NCBI RefSeq assembly: GCF_001194135.2
Contig: NC_068982.1
Location: forward strand, 126,329,900 to 126,393,899
Direction of reading: 5' to 3'
Source: Octopus bimaculoides
Lineage: Eukaryota
DNA: 64,000 bases
The notes under the pieces are model-generated. The model did no database searches and was not told where the DNA came from. It saw only the letters and a program-made list of their open reading frames with translations. The position numbers were made by a program, and so were the translations under genes. Positions 13,842-26,704 of the stretch are shown here, one piece after another (position 1 is the first letter of the stretch; the number at the start of each line of letters is the position of its first letter).

Positions 13842-14063
13842 TTAGTGTAATGTAATATACTGGAACGCATATTTAGTTGACAGTAAAAATATCAATGGTT
13901 TTGGCAATTGATGTAACAGTGGCAAGCACTTGTGTGACAATGTGCAAAGTTGCGACAATGATAAAGGAAGCAAATTTATATCCATTTCAGTTTGTCTGGA
14001 TGAAATAGAAGTGTTTGATAATTTGATTAAAGGTTTAAACAAAGATGAGTTTGCAGCAGGAGC
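13842..14063 (-). CDS. Exon of minus-strand multi-exon gene (APAANSSLFKPLIKLSNTSISSRQ...YAFQYITLH*); either terminal, or spliced at 13861
   Basis: Acceptor ttttattgttgcaatcAG|GCT. Only the phase-0 frame is open (ORF track 13842..14153). Possible phase-2 donor CA|gtatat at 13860. LFKPLIKLSNTSISSRQ resembles human CMTR1 EFTDYMIRSNESHCSLQ (recalled). Confidence 0.65.
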   Translation of the reverse strand, partial: APAANSSLFKPLIKLSNTSISSRQTEMDINLLPLSLSQLCTLSHKCLPLLHQLPKPLIFLLSTKYAFQYITLH

Positions 14064-15136
14064 CTGATTGCAACAATAAAATAAAGTGACACATTTAAGA
14101 CTTGCCATTTTCACAGAGATATATGGTTTTAAATGTGGGAAGCTTATTAACACTCAGTTCTTTTTTTTCACCTGTCCACTACGATTAAAATTTTTTTTTT
14201 TTTTAAAACCACTTGGAATTTTAAAACAAAGATCAATCAATTAGCTAATGAAGGAAATACACACATGCAAATATTCTGTACAAGTTGTACTCTAAATTCA
14301 TAATTCTAGTATGAATTAGGTTGGTTAATGGCTTAGCCAATCAATAAAGATAACTTATTTACCAGCTGGTTTACTAGATCTTGAATGAAACAGTTGGAAG
14401 AAGAGGACAGCTGAAGAATATCAGGGAAAATAATAAATAAAATAAAATAAAATAAAATAAAAAAGCCAATATTCTGTACAAGTTGTCATTCCACTGTTGA
14501 CATTTGGCTAATGGCTTCCCCCCTTCCCCCACCTCCATTATTCCCACCCCCAACAACTTCAACAGCATAGAAGACTATCTTTCACCCACAGACTGCTTTT
14601 ATAGCTATATTAATGAAGTTTAATCTTGGTTACCTTCTGAATTTGCATTTAAGCAGACTGTTGATAGGAAGGAGGAAAAAGAAAAGAGAAATCCATGAGA
14701 CATTAATGAACCACTGCTGNNNNNNNNNNNNNNNNNNNNNNNNNNNNNNNNNNNNNNNNNNNNNNNNNNNNNNNNNNNNNNNNNNNNNNNNNNNNNNNNN
14801 NNNNNNNNNNNNNNNNNNNNNNNNNNNNNNNNNNNNNNNNNNNNNNNNNNNNNNNNNNNNNNNNNNNNNATTCTTTTTCTTTTTAAATACAGTTTTACAA
14901 TTGTTGATAAGAGGCACTGTGTAGAATTTCATTCATGATATTTGGTTAGTTAAGTAATCTAATACCTGAAAGCTCAGAACCATTATTTCAAAAGTAAAAA
15001 TTCAGTTATAAAAAGAAGAAAACAGAGGAGACAAGTATTTGATGGTCCATAAAAAGGCACATTAAAAAAAAAAATTTCCCCCCAAAATGTTTTTTTTTTT
15101 TTTAAATTCACTATATTATTACATGCTTTAATGCAC

Positions 15137-15311
15137 TTGAAACATTATTCGTGAATAAGCACTGCTGAAACAGGGGTACAAGTAATAATGCCTGTGTCTC
15201 TCTATTATGCCATCAAGTATAGTAATGATACAGTGAATAAATCCATGATTAGGCAACTGGCCAAAACAAAAGAACCGTACCCCCTCTTTCGAGTACAGTG
15301 AAGCCACAGTC
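15137..15311 (-). CDS. Internal exon, 175 nt (TVASLYSKEGVRFFCFGQLPNHG...AYSRIMFQ)
   Basis: Acceptor ctatcttgtttAG and donor CAA|gtgcat (weak). Only one frame is open. Phase 2 in, phase 0 out, matching both neighbouring exons. Confidence 0.7.
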
Positions 15312-15905
15312 CTAAACAAGATAGATGTGAGAGGCAATTTATTTAATGTGCCTATCAAATATTCTTGTGTAGGTTACCAAGTATATGAAAGAGACAAAGC
15401 TGGCTATTGAAACTTTAAAGTCACTATCTAATTTTTTCTTATACAAATAAGTCTCATACTCTACCTATAGAGTGTATTTTTAGTTAATGACTGATTGCTT
15501 TTCCGTATGATTATGCATAAAACACACACACAATGAAAATAATATGTTGTGTATTTGAGAGAGAGAGAGATGCATAGATCAGCAAATATTTCTTTCTTTG
15601 TAATGTACTGCTATTATTTGATACTGTTTTCACCCTTGGTATTATTTAAAATTCACTTCAGAACAAACATAAAAACATTTATGTTTACATTCTGTGAATT
15701 TAGAAAATTCCAAAGAAATGAAGTAAATTCTTTTTTTTTCCCTTTTCTTTTTTCTGTGGTGTAACCCAAAGTAGCTAAGGCTATAGACAACAGCGAGTAG
15801 AATATTGAATTAAAAAAACACAAAGGAGTTTTTCTTTCAAAACTCCTTGGGCGGGGAAAAGTCAAAAGCTGCCCAAATCCCAAACTTTTATCTACTTCAA
15901 ATTCC

Positions 15906-15908
<3 letters not shown>

Positions 15909-15945
<37 letters not shown>

Positions 15946-16282
15946 NNNNNNNNNNNNNNNNNNNNNNNNNNNNNNNNNNNNNNNNNNNNNNNNNNNNNNN
16001 NNNNNNNNNNNNNNNNNNNNNNNNNNNNNNNNNNNNNNNNNNNNNNNNNNNNNNNNNNNNNNNNNNNNNNNNNNNNNNNNNNNNNNNNNNNNNNNNNNNN
16101 NNNNNNNNNNNNNNNNNNNNNNNNNNNNNNNNNNNNNNNNNNNNNNNNNNNNNNNNNNNNNNNNNNNNNNNNNNNNNNNNNNNNNNNNNNNNNNNNNNNN
16201 NNNNNNNNNNNNNNNNNNNNNNNNNNNNNNNNNNNNNNNNNNNNNNNNNNNNNNNNNNNNNNNNNNNNNNNNNNNNNNNNNN

Positions 16283-16320
<38 letters not shown>
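15909..16320. repeat. (GA)n microsatellite spanning an N-gap; one example of many (CA)n, (TA)n, (AAT)n, (GATA)n tracts
   Basis: Seen directly. Others at about 5940, 22868, 29330, 30203, 35520, 44360 and 51220. Confidence 0.95.
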
Positions 16321-16323
<3 letters not shown>

Positions 16324-18065
16324 AACTGCTAAAAGGCGAATTCACTGCAGTTGCAGAAGAGAAAATATTTCTTATGTACCTCCTATTGATAAAGGCTAAC
16401 TAGCTTGAAACATTGGTGTCTGAGAGTCTTGATAGATGGCAACATGAACTAGTGGAGTGTTTTCACACTTTTTTTTTACCATAAGAGAAATATTTTCTCC
16501 ATGGTAAATGCATTGAATTTGCCTTTTAGCAGTTGAAATATGTCAGAAACATATTTTAACTAACCTAAACTTTGCTTAAGCCTAAACATTGCATAGCACT
16601 AATATTTTGTTATTTTCCACAATCAAGCAATCCACCAGCACAAATCAGTCAAAGAACTGAACACTTTACCATCAAAATTTCCGAAAATCCATTCTATAGT
16701 TTTTCCTGTTTTTTGTGTGAAGACCTATAGGCTTAAACATTTATGTAGTGATGACAGAGATTAGTGTAATATGAAGGAGAAAGATTTCATACAATAAGTA
16801 ACTTTAGATAAATAGATAATAAAGAAAGAAAGAATATTATCTTTGGGAACATACGAAGAGAATACAAATATAAAAATTTTAAATTGTATTTTGAATCCCG
16901 ATAAATTTTTAAATGGACAATTTGGAACTAGTTGCTTTATGTGTATCAGTTTGCTGATTTCAATCAAAACAAAACACATTCAGTCAACAGACAAAACAGT
17001 CTTGAAGTGCTTCTGTAACAACTCTGTTGCCTGAAATCCCATATTACAAAGAAGGGTTAATTGCTTGTTGACTAATGAGTACAAAGTTCAAAACTTCTTT
17101 GTTTAATTAATATCTGTTAAGTCTTGAGAATTGAAAATTCATTTTGCTTGTGTGATATTTGAATTTCATTCAGAAGCACATTATGAACGTAAGGGGAATC
17201 AATATAGATCGGAAGANNNNNNNNNNNNNNNNNNNNNNNNNNNNNNNNNNNNNNNNNNNNNNNNNNNNNNNNNNNNNNNNNNNNNNNNNNNNNNNNNNNN
17301 NNNNNNNNNNNNNNNNNNNNNNNNNNNNNNNNNNNNNNNNNNNNNNNNNNNNNNNNNNNNNNNNNNNNNNNNNNNNNNNNNNNNNNNNNNNNNNNNNNNN
17401 NNNNNNNNNNNNNNNNNNNNNNNNNNNNNNNNNNNNNNNNNNNNNNNNNNNNNNNNNNNNNNNNNNNNNNNNNNNNNNNNNNNNNNNNNNNNNNNNNNNN
17501 NNNNNNNNNNNNNNNNNNNNNNNNNNNNNNNNNNNNNNNNTATGATGGTCTTCTTTCAGTTTTCATCTACCAAATCCACTGACAAGGCTTTGGTTGGTTT
17601 GAGGCTATAGTAGAAGACAATTGCCCAAGGTGCCCTGTGGTTAGGAAGCAAGCTTCTTACCACACAGCCACAGTGCCACCTAATGAATGCTAAGTTCAAA
17701 ACTTTTTTGTTTAATTAATAGTCCTGAGAAATGAAAATGCATTTCATTTGTGAGATATTTGAATTTCATTTAAAAGGACATTATGAACATAAGATGAATT
17801 AATATTTTGAATACCTAATAGCTATAAGTTAACATAGTGGTTCCATGTCAACTTACATGGGTGTAGTCATGATTTCAACTGAAGGGAGTGGTTTTAATAA
17901 TTAATATGAAATCCTCTAAAAGCCATTCAATTTGGGGAAAATGCAAAATTAAAATTAGGTAATTATATTTGCATAAAATGGGAGTAGGACATAAAAACCT
18001 GCTGAACTTCCCTACTGGTTATGAGACTGGCATATTTTAACTGCCTCATTGGTTAAACTTCTTAA

Positions 18066-18257
18066 CTCTTTAAGTATTCAGATTACTCTGGCAAATCTAA
18101 TGCTTATTTATTGAGATTATTCTTAATCATGCATCATCTCATAGCTCTGGGATATTGATGATGTGGTTGCTTTATATTTAGAATGGCATTGTAAGAGAGG
18201 TGTGAGAGGCCAGATCTGGTCAGTTTTAACAAAAATTTTTTAAAAATGCTAAAAGGT
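18066..18257 (+). mobile_element. MITE family G, degenerate
   Basis: Contains attcagattactctg and gtgtgagaggccagatctgg; TIR remnants. Confidence 0.7.
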
Positions 18258-18619
18258 TTAATTAACAGATAACTGGCACACTGATTAAAACTTTTCCCTT
18301 GTATCTTGTACAAGATAACAAAAAATAAATAACAAAGTATTGCTTGCTTAGTAATTTTTTAACCATTTTAATCAGTTTAATATATATTTCAAACAATAAT
18401 TATAAATTCACAGTCTATCTTCCTTCTTGAATAAGTTTAATAAATCTCTTGCTAATTAACTTCTTTTCAATTATGCCAGTAGCTTCTTAACAAAATTTGA
18501 AGTGGTTTTATCTCACCGAGTACCTTATCTGTTCAGAAATTGTTAGAGAGGTCTTAAAGAGATCAAAAACTCATTTCTGAGAAAACAAATGTAAATTTAA
18601 CTTCAGTTCTATTTGTGGT

Positions 18620-19038
18620 ATTTCACCTGTCTTTACATTCTGAGTTCAAATTCTGCCTGGGTCAACTTTACCTTTCATCCTTTAAAGGTTGATAAATTAA
18701 GTACCAGTGAAATACTGGGGTCAATGCAATCGACTGGTCTCCTCTCCCAAAATATCAGGCCTTGTACTTATAACAGGAAGGATTATTATTATTATTATAT
18801 AAGGCAGCAAGTTGGCAGAATCGTTAGCATGCTAGGTGAAATGCTTAACAGTATTTCGTCTGCCATTACGTTCTGAGTTCAAATTCTGCTGAGTACAACT
18901 TTGCCTTTCATCCTTTTGGGGTTGATAAAATTAGCACCAGTTATGCACTGGGGTCGATGTAATTGACTTAACCCCTTCCAAAATTTGAGGCCTTGTGCTT
19001 CCAGTAGAAAATATTATTATTATTATTATTATTATTAT
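18620..19038 (+). mobile_element. Two tandem SINE-B copies with (ATT)n tails
   Basis: 5'-truncated copy about 18620..18795 followed by a full copy from 18801. Confidence 0.8.
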
Positions 19039-19816
19039 ATCATATGAGGACACATGGCCTGGTGGTTAGAGTGTTGCACTCACAATCAGAAGATTGTGGT
19101 TTCAATTCTTAGACTGGGTGGTGCATTGTGTTCTTGGGCAAAACACTTCATCTCATGTTACTCTGCAATCACTTAGACACCTAACATGTGGCACACCATG
19201 CACCTGTTCAGGCAATGTTGACTTGATGGAGGAAGTGAGCTAATGCATGGCACATACATTTGATCACTATAAACAAATCATTGTGCAGGTTGACGGGAGA
19301 GTCCGTCATTATTATTATTAAACCTTCAAGGACTGAACACAACTACCTCCCCCAAAACTGAAATGCAATATGCAAGCCAATGAAGGAGCCACTATATGGT
19401 TGTTGAACCTGCTAAAAATAACAGCCTGTCTCTCTGATGCCACAATATTATTTAAATATAATGGAAAGACAGTGTATAATATAACATTAGATACATTGTC
19501 TGAGAATAAGACAAGATAACCTGGAGTGCCTATGACTGAAACTGACCTGGGGTTAAACAACAACAACAACAGCAAGTAATAATGGGTAGTTTAAAAATTG
19601 GCAATGGTTTAAAACCAATAGTTTATTGATAAATCAGAATTTCACTTTTAATTCACTCATGTTTTATTTAAGTAATTTTAAAGGATCAATTATTTCCTTA
19701 TGGAATGGACTTGGAAGAAGAAAAAAATAAAGCAAATAAATTTAATCTAAAATATTGGAAACAAATGGCTGCTGACAACAAATCAAAATCAGATCAACAA
19801 ATTGAAAACAACTCAC

Positions 19817-19907
19817 TGAAAAATAAATATTTTGGAAAAAGCCAGAGCAAAGTGTTGCATAATCTCAACAAACGACTGAACAGAGCAGAAGCATTGATAA
19901 TAATCAA
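19817..19907 (-). CDS. Internal exon, 91 nt (DYYQCFCSVQSFVEIMQHFALAFSKIFIF)
   Basis: Acceptor ttattatttcAG and strong donor CA|gtgagt. Phase 1 in, phase 2 out; joins in frame to the 15311 exon. Confidence 0.7.
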
Positions 19908-20056
19908 CTGAAATAATAAGCAAAATAATAATAATAATAAAATTTTTTTTAAAAAAACCAGATTTCTTTTTTTTTTTTTTGTCATTTTCATTAATTATTC
20001 TTCAGTAAAGAAAATTCCTATAATTTTAAAAAAACCCCAGAAAGATGATTGATATA

Positions 20057-20094
<38 letters not shown>

Positions 20095-20221
20095 GTCAAT
20101 TAGCTTCATATCTTCCCTATATTATTTGCATATATCTTTGCCTTTTTAAAACATTTTTTTAGTTGTTTCAGTCACTGGAATGTGGCCATACTGGGGCACC
20201 ACTTTAAAGGGTATTATTTAA

Positions 20222-20442
20222 CCCTTTAGTGTTCACATTATTCTGCCATAATTAATGCTTTTTTATCCACATTGTTTTGAACTAATCAAGCATTATCTCG
20301 TAGCTATGAGATTTTGATGAGGTAGCTGTTAATTTTTAAAACGATATTGTAGGGTTGGTGTGAGAGACCAGATCTGGCCAGTTTGAACATAGAATAGGCA
20401 AAATACTTTTGGTTGGATATGGCCGGTTTAAATGCTAAAGGG
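20222..20442 (+). mobile_element. TTAA-flanked (piggyBac-like) MITE, family G, inserted into a SINE-A 3' part
   Basis: ttaa|ccctttag...aatgctaaaggg|ttaa. Host SINE-A sequence continues on both sides (about 20160..20530). Confidence 0.85.
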
Positions 20443-20851
20443 TTAAACAGATTGACCCTGCTACTTGTTCTATCAGTCTCTTTTGCTGAACCACTAAGTC
20501 ACAGGAACAAACCAACACCAGCTGTCAAGCAATAGGGAAAACGTTTTCTCTCTCTCTCCTAAATGGTTACCCTGAGGTTACCATATATCTCCTCTACATC
20601 AGTTTTTGTCCCTGTCCTTCTCTAACCTCATCCCCTGGTAAAACACCACCTCCTTCAATACCACTCCCTCTCTCAGTTGTGGGAGTTTTGTTTTGCAAGT
20701 TATTTGGTGGCTTTGCTGGTGTTGATGCCACATAAAAAGCACCCAATACACTCTGTAAAGTGGTTGGCACCCGGCCGTAAAAACCATGCCAAAGCAGACA
20801 GTGAAGCTTGGCGCAGTTCTCTGGCTTACCAGCATGGAAAACAAATGTAAA

Positions 20852-20891
<40 letters not shown>

Positions 20892-20945
20892 GAATAAGGA
20901 GTAGAAAGGCTGGTACAGTATTATATATTTGAAAAAAATGAATAA

Positions 20946-21062
20946 AAATGGCTTTTCTGGTAATTTTTCCACTTTAATAATTAGATGTTTATAAGCTTTT
21001 AGGTGTTTACAAAAGGCAAACACCTAATTATTAAAGTGGAAAAATTATCAGAAAAGCCATTT
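20946..21062. repeat. 45-bp-arm inverted repeat (43 of 45) with 27-nt spacer
   Basis: Arms 20946..20990 and 21018..21062. Confidence 0.92.
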
Positions 21063-21098
21063 CTATATATTTTTACAAACACATACACACACACACAC

Positions 21099-22243
21099 AT
21101 TGAGTCATCCCATAAATAATGTTTTTTTCAATTGCATGAACTAAAAGTCGGAGGGGGATGGGATAAACTACCTGCATCAACTTGCTATAAAAGCAGGTGG
21201 TAATTTTACCTTGTACTTATTCTTAGTGCAAGTTTTGAAGAGTGCAGTTCGATTTTAACAGTTATTTTTTTCAAAGTTATAATGGAAGTGACAAAGGAGC
21301 ACATTCGGCATATTTTGTTTTATGAGTTCAATAAAGGCAACGACACAACAGAAAGTGCAATGGGGATCGGACAATAAGTGTTAGCCAGTGTCAATGGTGG
21401 TTCCAGAAATTCCGAGCCGGAAACTACAGCTTAGAAGATGAGCCTCATCCTGAAAGATCTGTAGAGCTTGACAATAATGTCCTGCAAACCCATGACTGTT
21501 GAAGAACTAGCAGAGAAGCTTGAATTTGGACATTCAACCACTGATACCTGCATGTCATCAGAAAAGTCAGCAAATTGGGTCAATGAGTTCCTCACAAACT
21601 TTCCGAGTCTAATCGTGCGCAGAGAGTGAATGTGTTTTCTTCTTTGCTGTCGTGTCTCACAAATGAACCTTTTTTGGACCGAATAGTGACTGGTGATGAG
21701 AAATGGGTTCTCTATAAAAATGTCAAGCACCGAAGACAGTGGGTAGGGAAAGGAGAAACAGGCTAAAGATCTTCAGGCATGTAAGGTGCTGTTATCTGTT
21801 TGGTGGGGTATGAAAGGTTTAGTCCACTTTGAACTTTTAAACCCAAACCAAACAATAACAAAGGAGATCTACTGCAAGCAGCTTGAGCGGCTTAAGTCAG
21901 TGCTAGAAGAAAAACGACCATCTTTGGTTTCAAGACAAAAGGTGTTCTTCCAACAGGATAATGCTCGGCCACATACAGTGAGGATGACATTCCAAAGGCT
22001 GGAGCAGTTTAAATGAGAAACTATGTCCCACCCACCATATTCACCAGACATTGCCTCATCTGATTATCATTTATTCTGCAGTCTTCAAAATCATTTGGAC
22101 GGAAAAAATATGAATTCTGTAGACAAGGTCAGAACAGTACCGGAAGTGTATTTTTCATCATGGAGAAGTGAATTTTGGAAGAGGGGCAAGTCTACCAGAT
22201 AGATGGAAGAGCATTGTAGAAAATGAAGGACAGTATATTTTAG
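21099..22243 (+). mobile_element. Decayed Tc1/mariner (DD34D) DNA transposon; right TIR lost in N-gap 22244..22338
   Basis: Transposase remnants: MEVTKEHIRHILFYEFNKG (ATG 21282), IVTGDEKW, FQQDNARPHT, and YSPDIASSDYHLF with 34 residues between the second and third Asp, then DRWKSIVENEGQY. In-frame TGA at 22014..22016 plus deletions and frameshifts. Left TIR-like attgagtcatcccataaataat. Confidence 0.92.
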
Positions 22244-22338
22244 NNNNNNNNNNNNNNNNNNNNNNNNNNNNNNNNNNNNNNNNNNNNNNNNNNNNNNNNN
22301 NNNNNNNNNNNNNNNNNNNNNNNNNNNNNNNNNNNNNN

Positions 22339-22379
<41 letters not shown>

Positions 22380-23879
22380 GGCTTCCACACCGTTTCCTGT
22401 GTTTTGTCCAGCACAAGGCAATGATCAGCCAAGGGTTACAGTAAAAGACACTTGCCTAAGGTGCTGTGCAGTAGGACCCCAAACTACAAGGCTACCAAGA
22501 GAGCTCCTCAAGCAGACCCCATGCCTGCCCCTATACCTGTAGATGGAGAGATGAGAATAAAACCGTACACTGCAGAGAAACACCACATTCTTTACAATGT
22601 TACGGTTTTGTGATGGTCATACTACTGATGGTACAAAATAGACGTATTTTTGTAACTGTGTGACATATTTAACCTTGTCATGGGTCCTACACCACCACTA
22701 TGGAGACTTCCAACAAATGGAAACTTCAAACATGAAAGTAAATACATTGTTGTTTTATAGATTGAGAAGAAATTTTAGTCCCAATTTTTATGCAATCAAA
22801 GTTGAATCGATTTTTATTATCCATTACTCTCATTTATCTAAGTTGTAAGTGTATGTATGTATGTGATAGATAGACAGACAGATAGATAGATAGATAGATA
22901 GATAGACAGACACAGAATTAATATAGAAGCAAAAATACAATCCAAATATGTTTTTTTAAAACAATCATCAAAAGAATTTTTTTAAAGCTACTTTTTAAAA
23001 TGTGCTGTTTACTGGCTATTATAAAATACTTAACTATTTAAGTTCTAACCTTTAAAAAGTGCTTTGTTTTGTATTTATTTTTTATTTTTCCCCCCCATCT
23101 AACTGTGAAAAAAATATATACATAAACCGCTATAAATTGGCCTGGGAAAAATATATTGCTGTTCCATCTTTTGTTGATAATATCACTTTATAAACTAACC
23201 TGAGGAAAATGAGTGGGAGAGAGAGGGGGGGAAAGGGAGAAAAAATAAAAACAAAAAAAAGAAGAGAAAGAGAGAGAGAGATTATGTATCAGGTTTTTTC
23301 ATCAGAGTGTATAATAATTGTAAATTCTATTTGAGAAGCTTAAGATGAGCCAACGGAGAAGTTATCAAGAAGCTATTTAGGCATATGGGATTACAGAGAA
23401 ACCTTACAATTAAAACATTCTTATTTTTACTCAACATCATAGTTGAGATCAAGAGGGGTTTGTAGTTAAAAGTATCTCTTAGAATTTGTCACCATTCTCA
23501 TACGAAACTTGAGATTTTCTCATTTGTAAGCTGTGAACACTTAAATTTAAACTGAATTACAAGTCTATTTATACATTTATTTATTTATCTATTTATTTAT
23601 TTATAGCCTATTCTCATTTATTTATTTATTTCTTGGTGGTATGTTTGAATTACACCTTTGTTTTCATTCCTGGGGGAAAGCGAAACCCATATTGTTTGCA
23701 GGATTTTCCTTTTTGAATGAAATAAAAGTAATTGTTTTGAAACTTTAGAAAATTAAAAAAATTAGAACACAGATGACTATAGAAAAGTTATTTAGTGAGT
23801 CTGAGTAGATAAAAAAAAGAAAAAGGAGAGATGCAGGGAGGGACGTTGAATATAGTAGGGAAGTAAAAGCAGAGATTAA

Positions 23880-24098
23880 CGCTTTCGTTACCATTCCGGC
23901 TGAAACCAGCTCTGGCTCTGAGTACAAATGTCTTGTTTTCATAAGTTTTGAATTAAAATCTTCTACCAAACCTTAGTCACAATTTATGTTCCTAACACTA
24001 GCTTAATAATAACTAAGTTATTTTACTAAATTCTTTGTTATATTTAAAGTAATTGAAGGAAACATAGAACATCTCAAAATAAATACATAATGAAAGGG
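23880..24098. mobile_element. TTAA-flanked MITE, family F
   Basis: ttaa|cgctttcgtta...taatgaaaggg|ttaa (13 of 15 matches including TTAA). Confidence 0.8.
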
Positions 24099-24224
24099 TT
24101 AAACAGACTAGTATCCATTGTGGACACTGTTACCTAATATTACACTCTTTAAATAGTGTATCTCCAGTTTGATACTCTGGGGGAAATGCCTGGTTAATCG
24201 CAATTATTATCATTATTATTATTA

Positions 24225-24447
24225 AGGTGGCAAGCTGCCAGAATGGTTAGCAAGCCAGGCAAAATGCTCAGCAACATTTTATTTATCTTCATATTCTTCT
24301 GAGTTTCAATTCCATCAAGACTGACTTTACCATTCCTCTCTTTCAGGGTCAATAAAATAAATACCAGTAGAACACTGGGGTCAATGTAACCAACTTACTC
24401 CTTCTCTCAAAATTGTTGGCCTTGTGCCAAAATTTGAAATCATTATT

Positions 24448-24487
<40 letters not shown>

Positions 24488-25350
24488 GACAAATGGTTGA
24501 AAAACATTGGAATGGAATGTCTTGTAGAGCTTCTACAGAAAGTTTGCCTCTTAGGAACAGGCAAGATTATCAGAAGGGTTTTGAGCACTTGAAAGATTAT
24601 TGAAAGATTGTGGAATTCTAAGGTTACAGATAGTAAGCTGCTACCTGCATAAAACCAGGAATAAGGCCAATCTTGAGTCAAGTAGATTAATAATAATAAT
24701 AATAACAACAATAATAATGGTTTCAAATTTTGGTACAAGACCAGCAATTTTTTTTGTGAGGATTGGAGATCCCCAGTACTCAAAAACTGAAAGGATGAAA
24801 GGTTAAGTTACCCCTGGTGGCATTTGAACTCAGTATGTAAGGATAGCATTTTCTCCAATGCTATAACAATTCTGAAACCTTGCTACCTTCATAATAATGG
24901 ATACAAATTTTGACACAAGGCTAGCAATTTTAAGCGGGGAGAGAGGTGAGAGAGAGATAAGTCATTTACACTGACTGCAGTGCTCAACTGGTACTTATTT
25001 TATTGACCTCAAAAGGATGAAAGTCAAAGTCAACCTTAGTGGCATTTGAACTCAGAATGTAAAGAGCCAGAAAAAATGCTGCTGGCTGTTTTGTCCAGCA
25101 CAGTAACAATTCTATCAGCTTGCTGTCTTAATATTAAGAATAATAATAATCCTTTTTACTAAAAGCACAAGGCCTGAAATTTTGGAGGAGGGGGAAAGTC
25201 GATCATATCACCCCAGTACTTGACTGGTACTTAATTTACCAACCCTGAAAGGTAAAGTCAACCACGGCGGCATTTGAACTCAGAACATAAAAAGCCAGAG
25301 AAAGCGTTGCTGGGTGTTTTGTCTGGTACAGTAACAATCCTGTTGGCTTG
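24225..25350. mobile_element. Cluster of four decayed SINE-B copies (one plus, three minus) separated by (AAT)n
   Basis: Repeated gcatttgaactcag and aaggatgaaag motifs. Confidence 0.72.
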
Positions 25351-25795
25351 TCTTCCTGACACCTAGGGCAGAGAGATGTACTGTCTACCAATGTATACAG
25401 TACGTTTCTCTGCCCTAGGTGTGAGGAAGACACTCGGCAAGAAATGGAAACAGAATTGAAAGATGATAATGATGATGATGATGATGATAATAATAATAAT
25501 AATAATAATAATAAATCCTTAATGGAATAATATAATTCATTTCTGAAATCTTTCATTTTCAGCAAAACTTTAATCTTCTAAATGCCAAACTTCTAAAACA
25601 TGTACACTACAAAGAAAATATGTTATTTGCATTGGTTTTCCAAGTCATGGAAATACTTCAATAAGATTATAACGTAATGTGATTAATTACATAATAAAAT
25701 ACCTATACATGAACTCAATACAATGAATACCAGTGCCAGAATCCCTCCACCACCATAAAAAGTACTATCGATGTACATTTTCCTGCCCTCTAGAA

Positions 25796-26397
25796 CAGAG
25801 GTTCTCAACAGGGATCCATGTAAGATTTTGTTGCTAAAATTTATCTGCAATAAACTGGGTATACTTCTACAAAATATTTTAGCTATCTTTTATATAATTT
25901 CTAATAATAATCATCATCGTCAACGTTTAATGTCTGCTTTCCAAGCTGGCATGGATTGGACAGTTTGACATGAAGCTGGCTAGCAAGCTCTCCAGACTCA
26001 GATTGTCTGCTGTAGCATAGCTTCTACGGCTGGATGATCTTCCTAATGCCAACTACTTAACAGAGTGTGCTTGGTGTTTTTACAGGCCACATTAAATAAT
26101 AATAATAATAATCTTTTCTATTCTAGGCACAAGGCCTGAAATTTTGGGGGATGGAACCTGTCGATTAGATCGACTCTAGTACACAACTGGTACTTAATTT
26201 ATCGACCCCGAAAGGATGAAAGGCAAAGTCGACCTCGGCGGAATTTGAACTCAGAACATAAAGACAGACGAAATACCGCTAAGCATTTCTGCCAGCTCAT
26301 CGCCACAAATTTTTAAACATCAACTGGTTATAAGGATCCATCTGAATAAAACAGGAATCAAAGGGGTCCATAGACAAAAAATGGTTGAGAATCACTG
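25796..26397. mobile_element. hAT-like MITE (family H) containing nested SINE-C and SINE-B insertions
   Basis: TIR cagaggttctcaac/gttgagaatcactg; TSD ctctagaa/ctctagag. Related copy at about 37205..37440. Confidence 0.8.
26112..26305 (-). mobile_element. SINE family B nested in hAT MITE H
   Basis: Near-consensus B sequence. Confidence 0.85.
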
Positions 26398-26704
26398 CTC
26401 TAGAGGAACGATTTCTGATATCAGTGCATGAAAAAGAAAACAAACTCAAATTATATGGCTGATGTGAACTAAATATATTTGGGTATTGATTAATATATTT
26501 TCTGGGTATTCAGAAAAATGTTCTTACAACATTCCAAGTTTCATGTTCGACCAATGCCAAAAACAGTCGTTTTCCTTTTATTTTTTTTAAGAAGGAGACC
26601 AAAATTTAAGGCAGAAGTAATTTCGCATTTCCTACATTTGTTTAATGGTGTGTCTGTTTATCTACATGCACATGTACACACACACATATCAGGATATATA
26701 TATG

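Noticed and set aside
19705-19911. Plus-strand 68-aa ORF (MDLEEEKNK..)
   Set aside because: It overlaps antisense to the minus-strand exon 19817..19907, which has much better splice signals.
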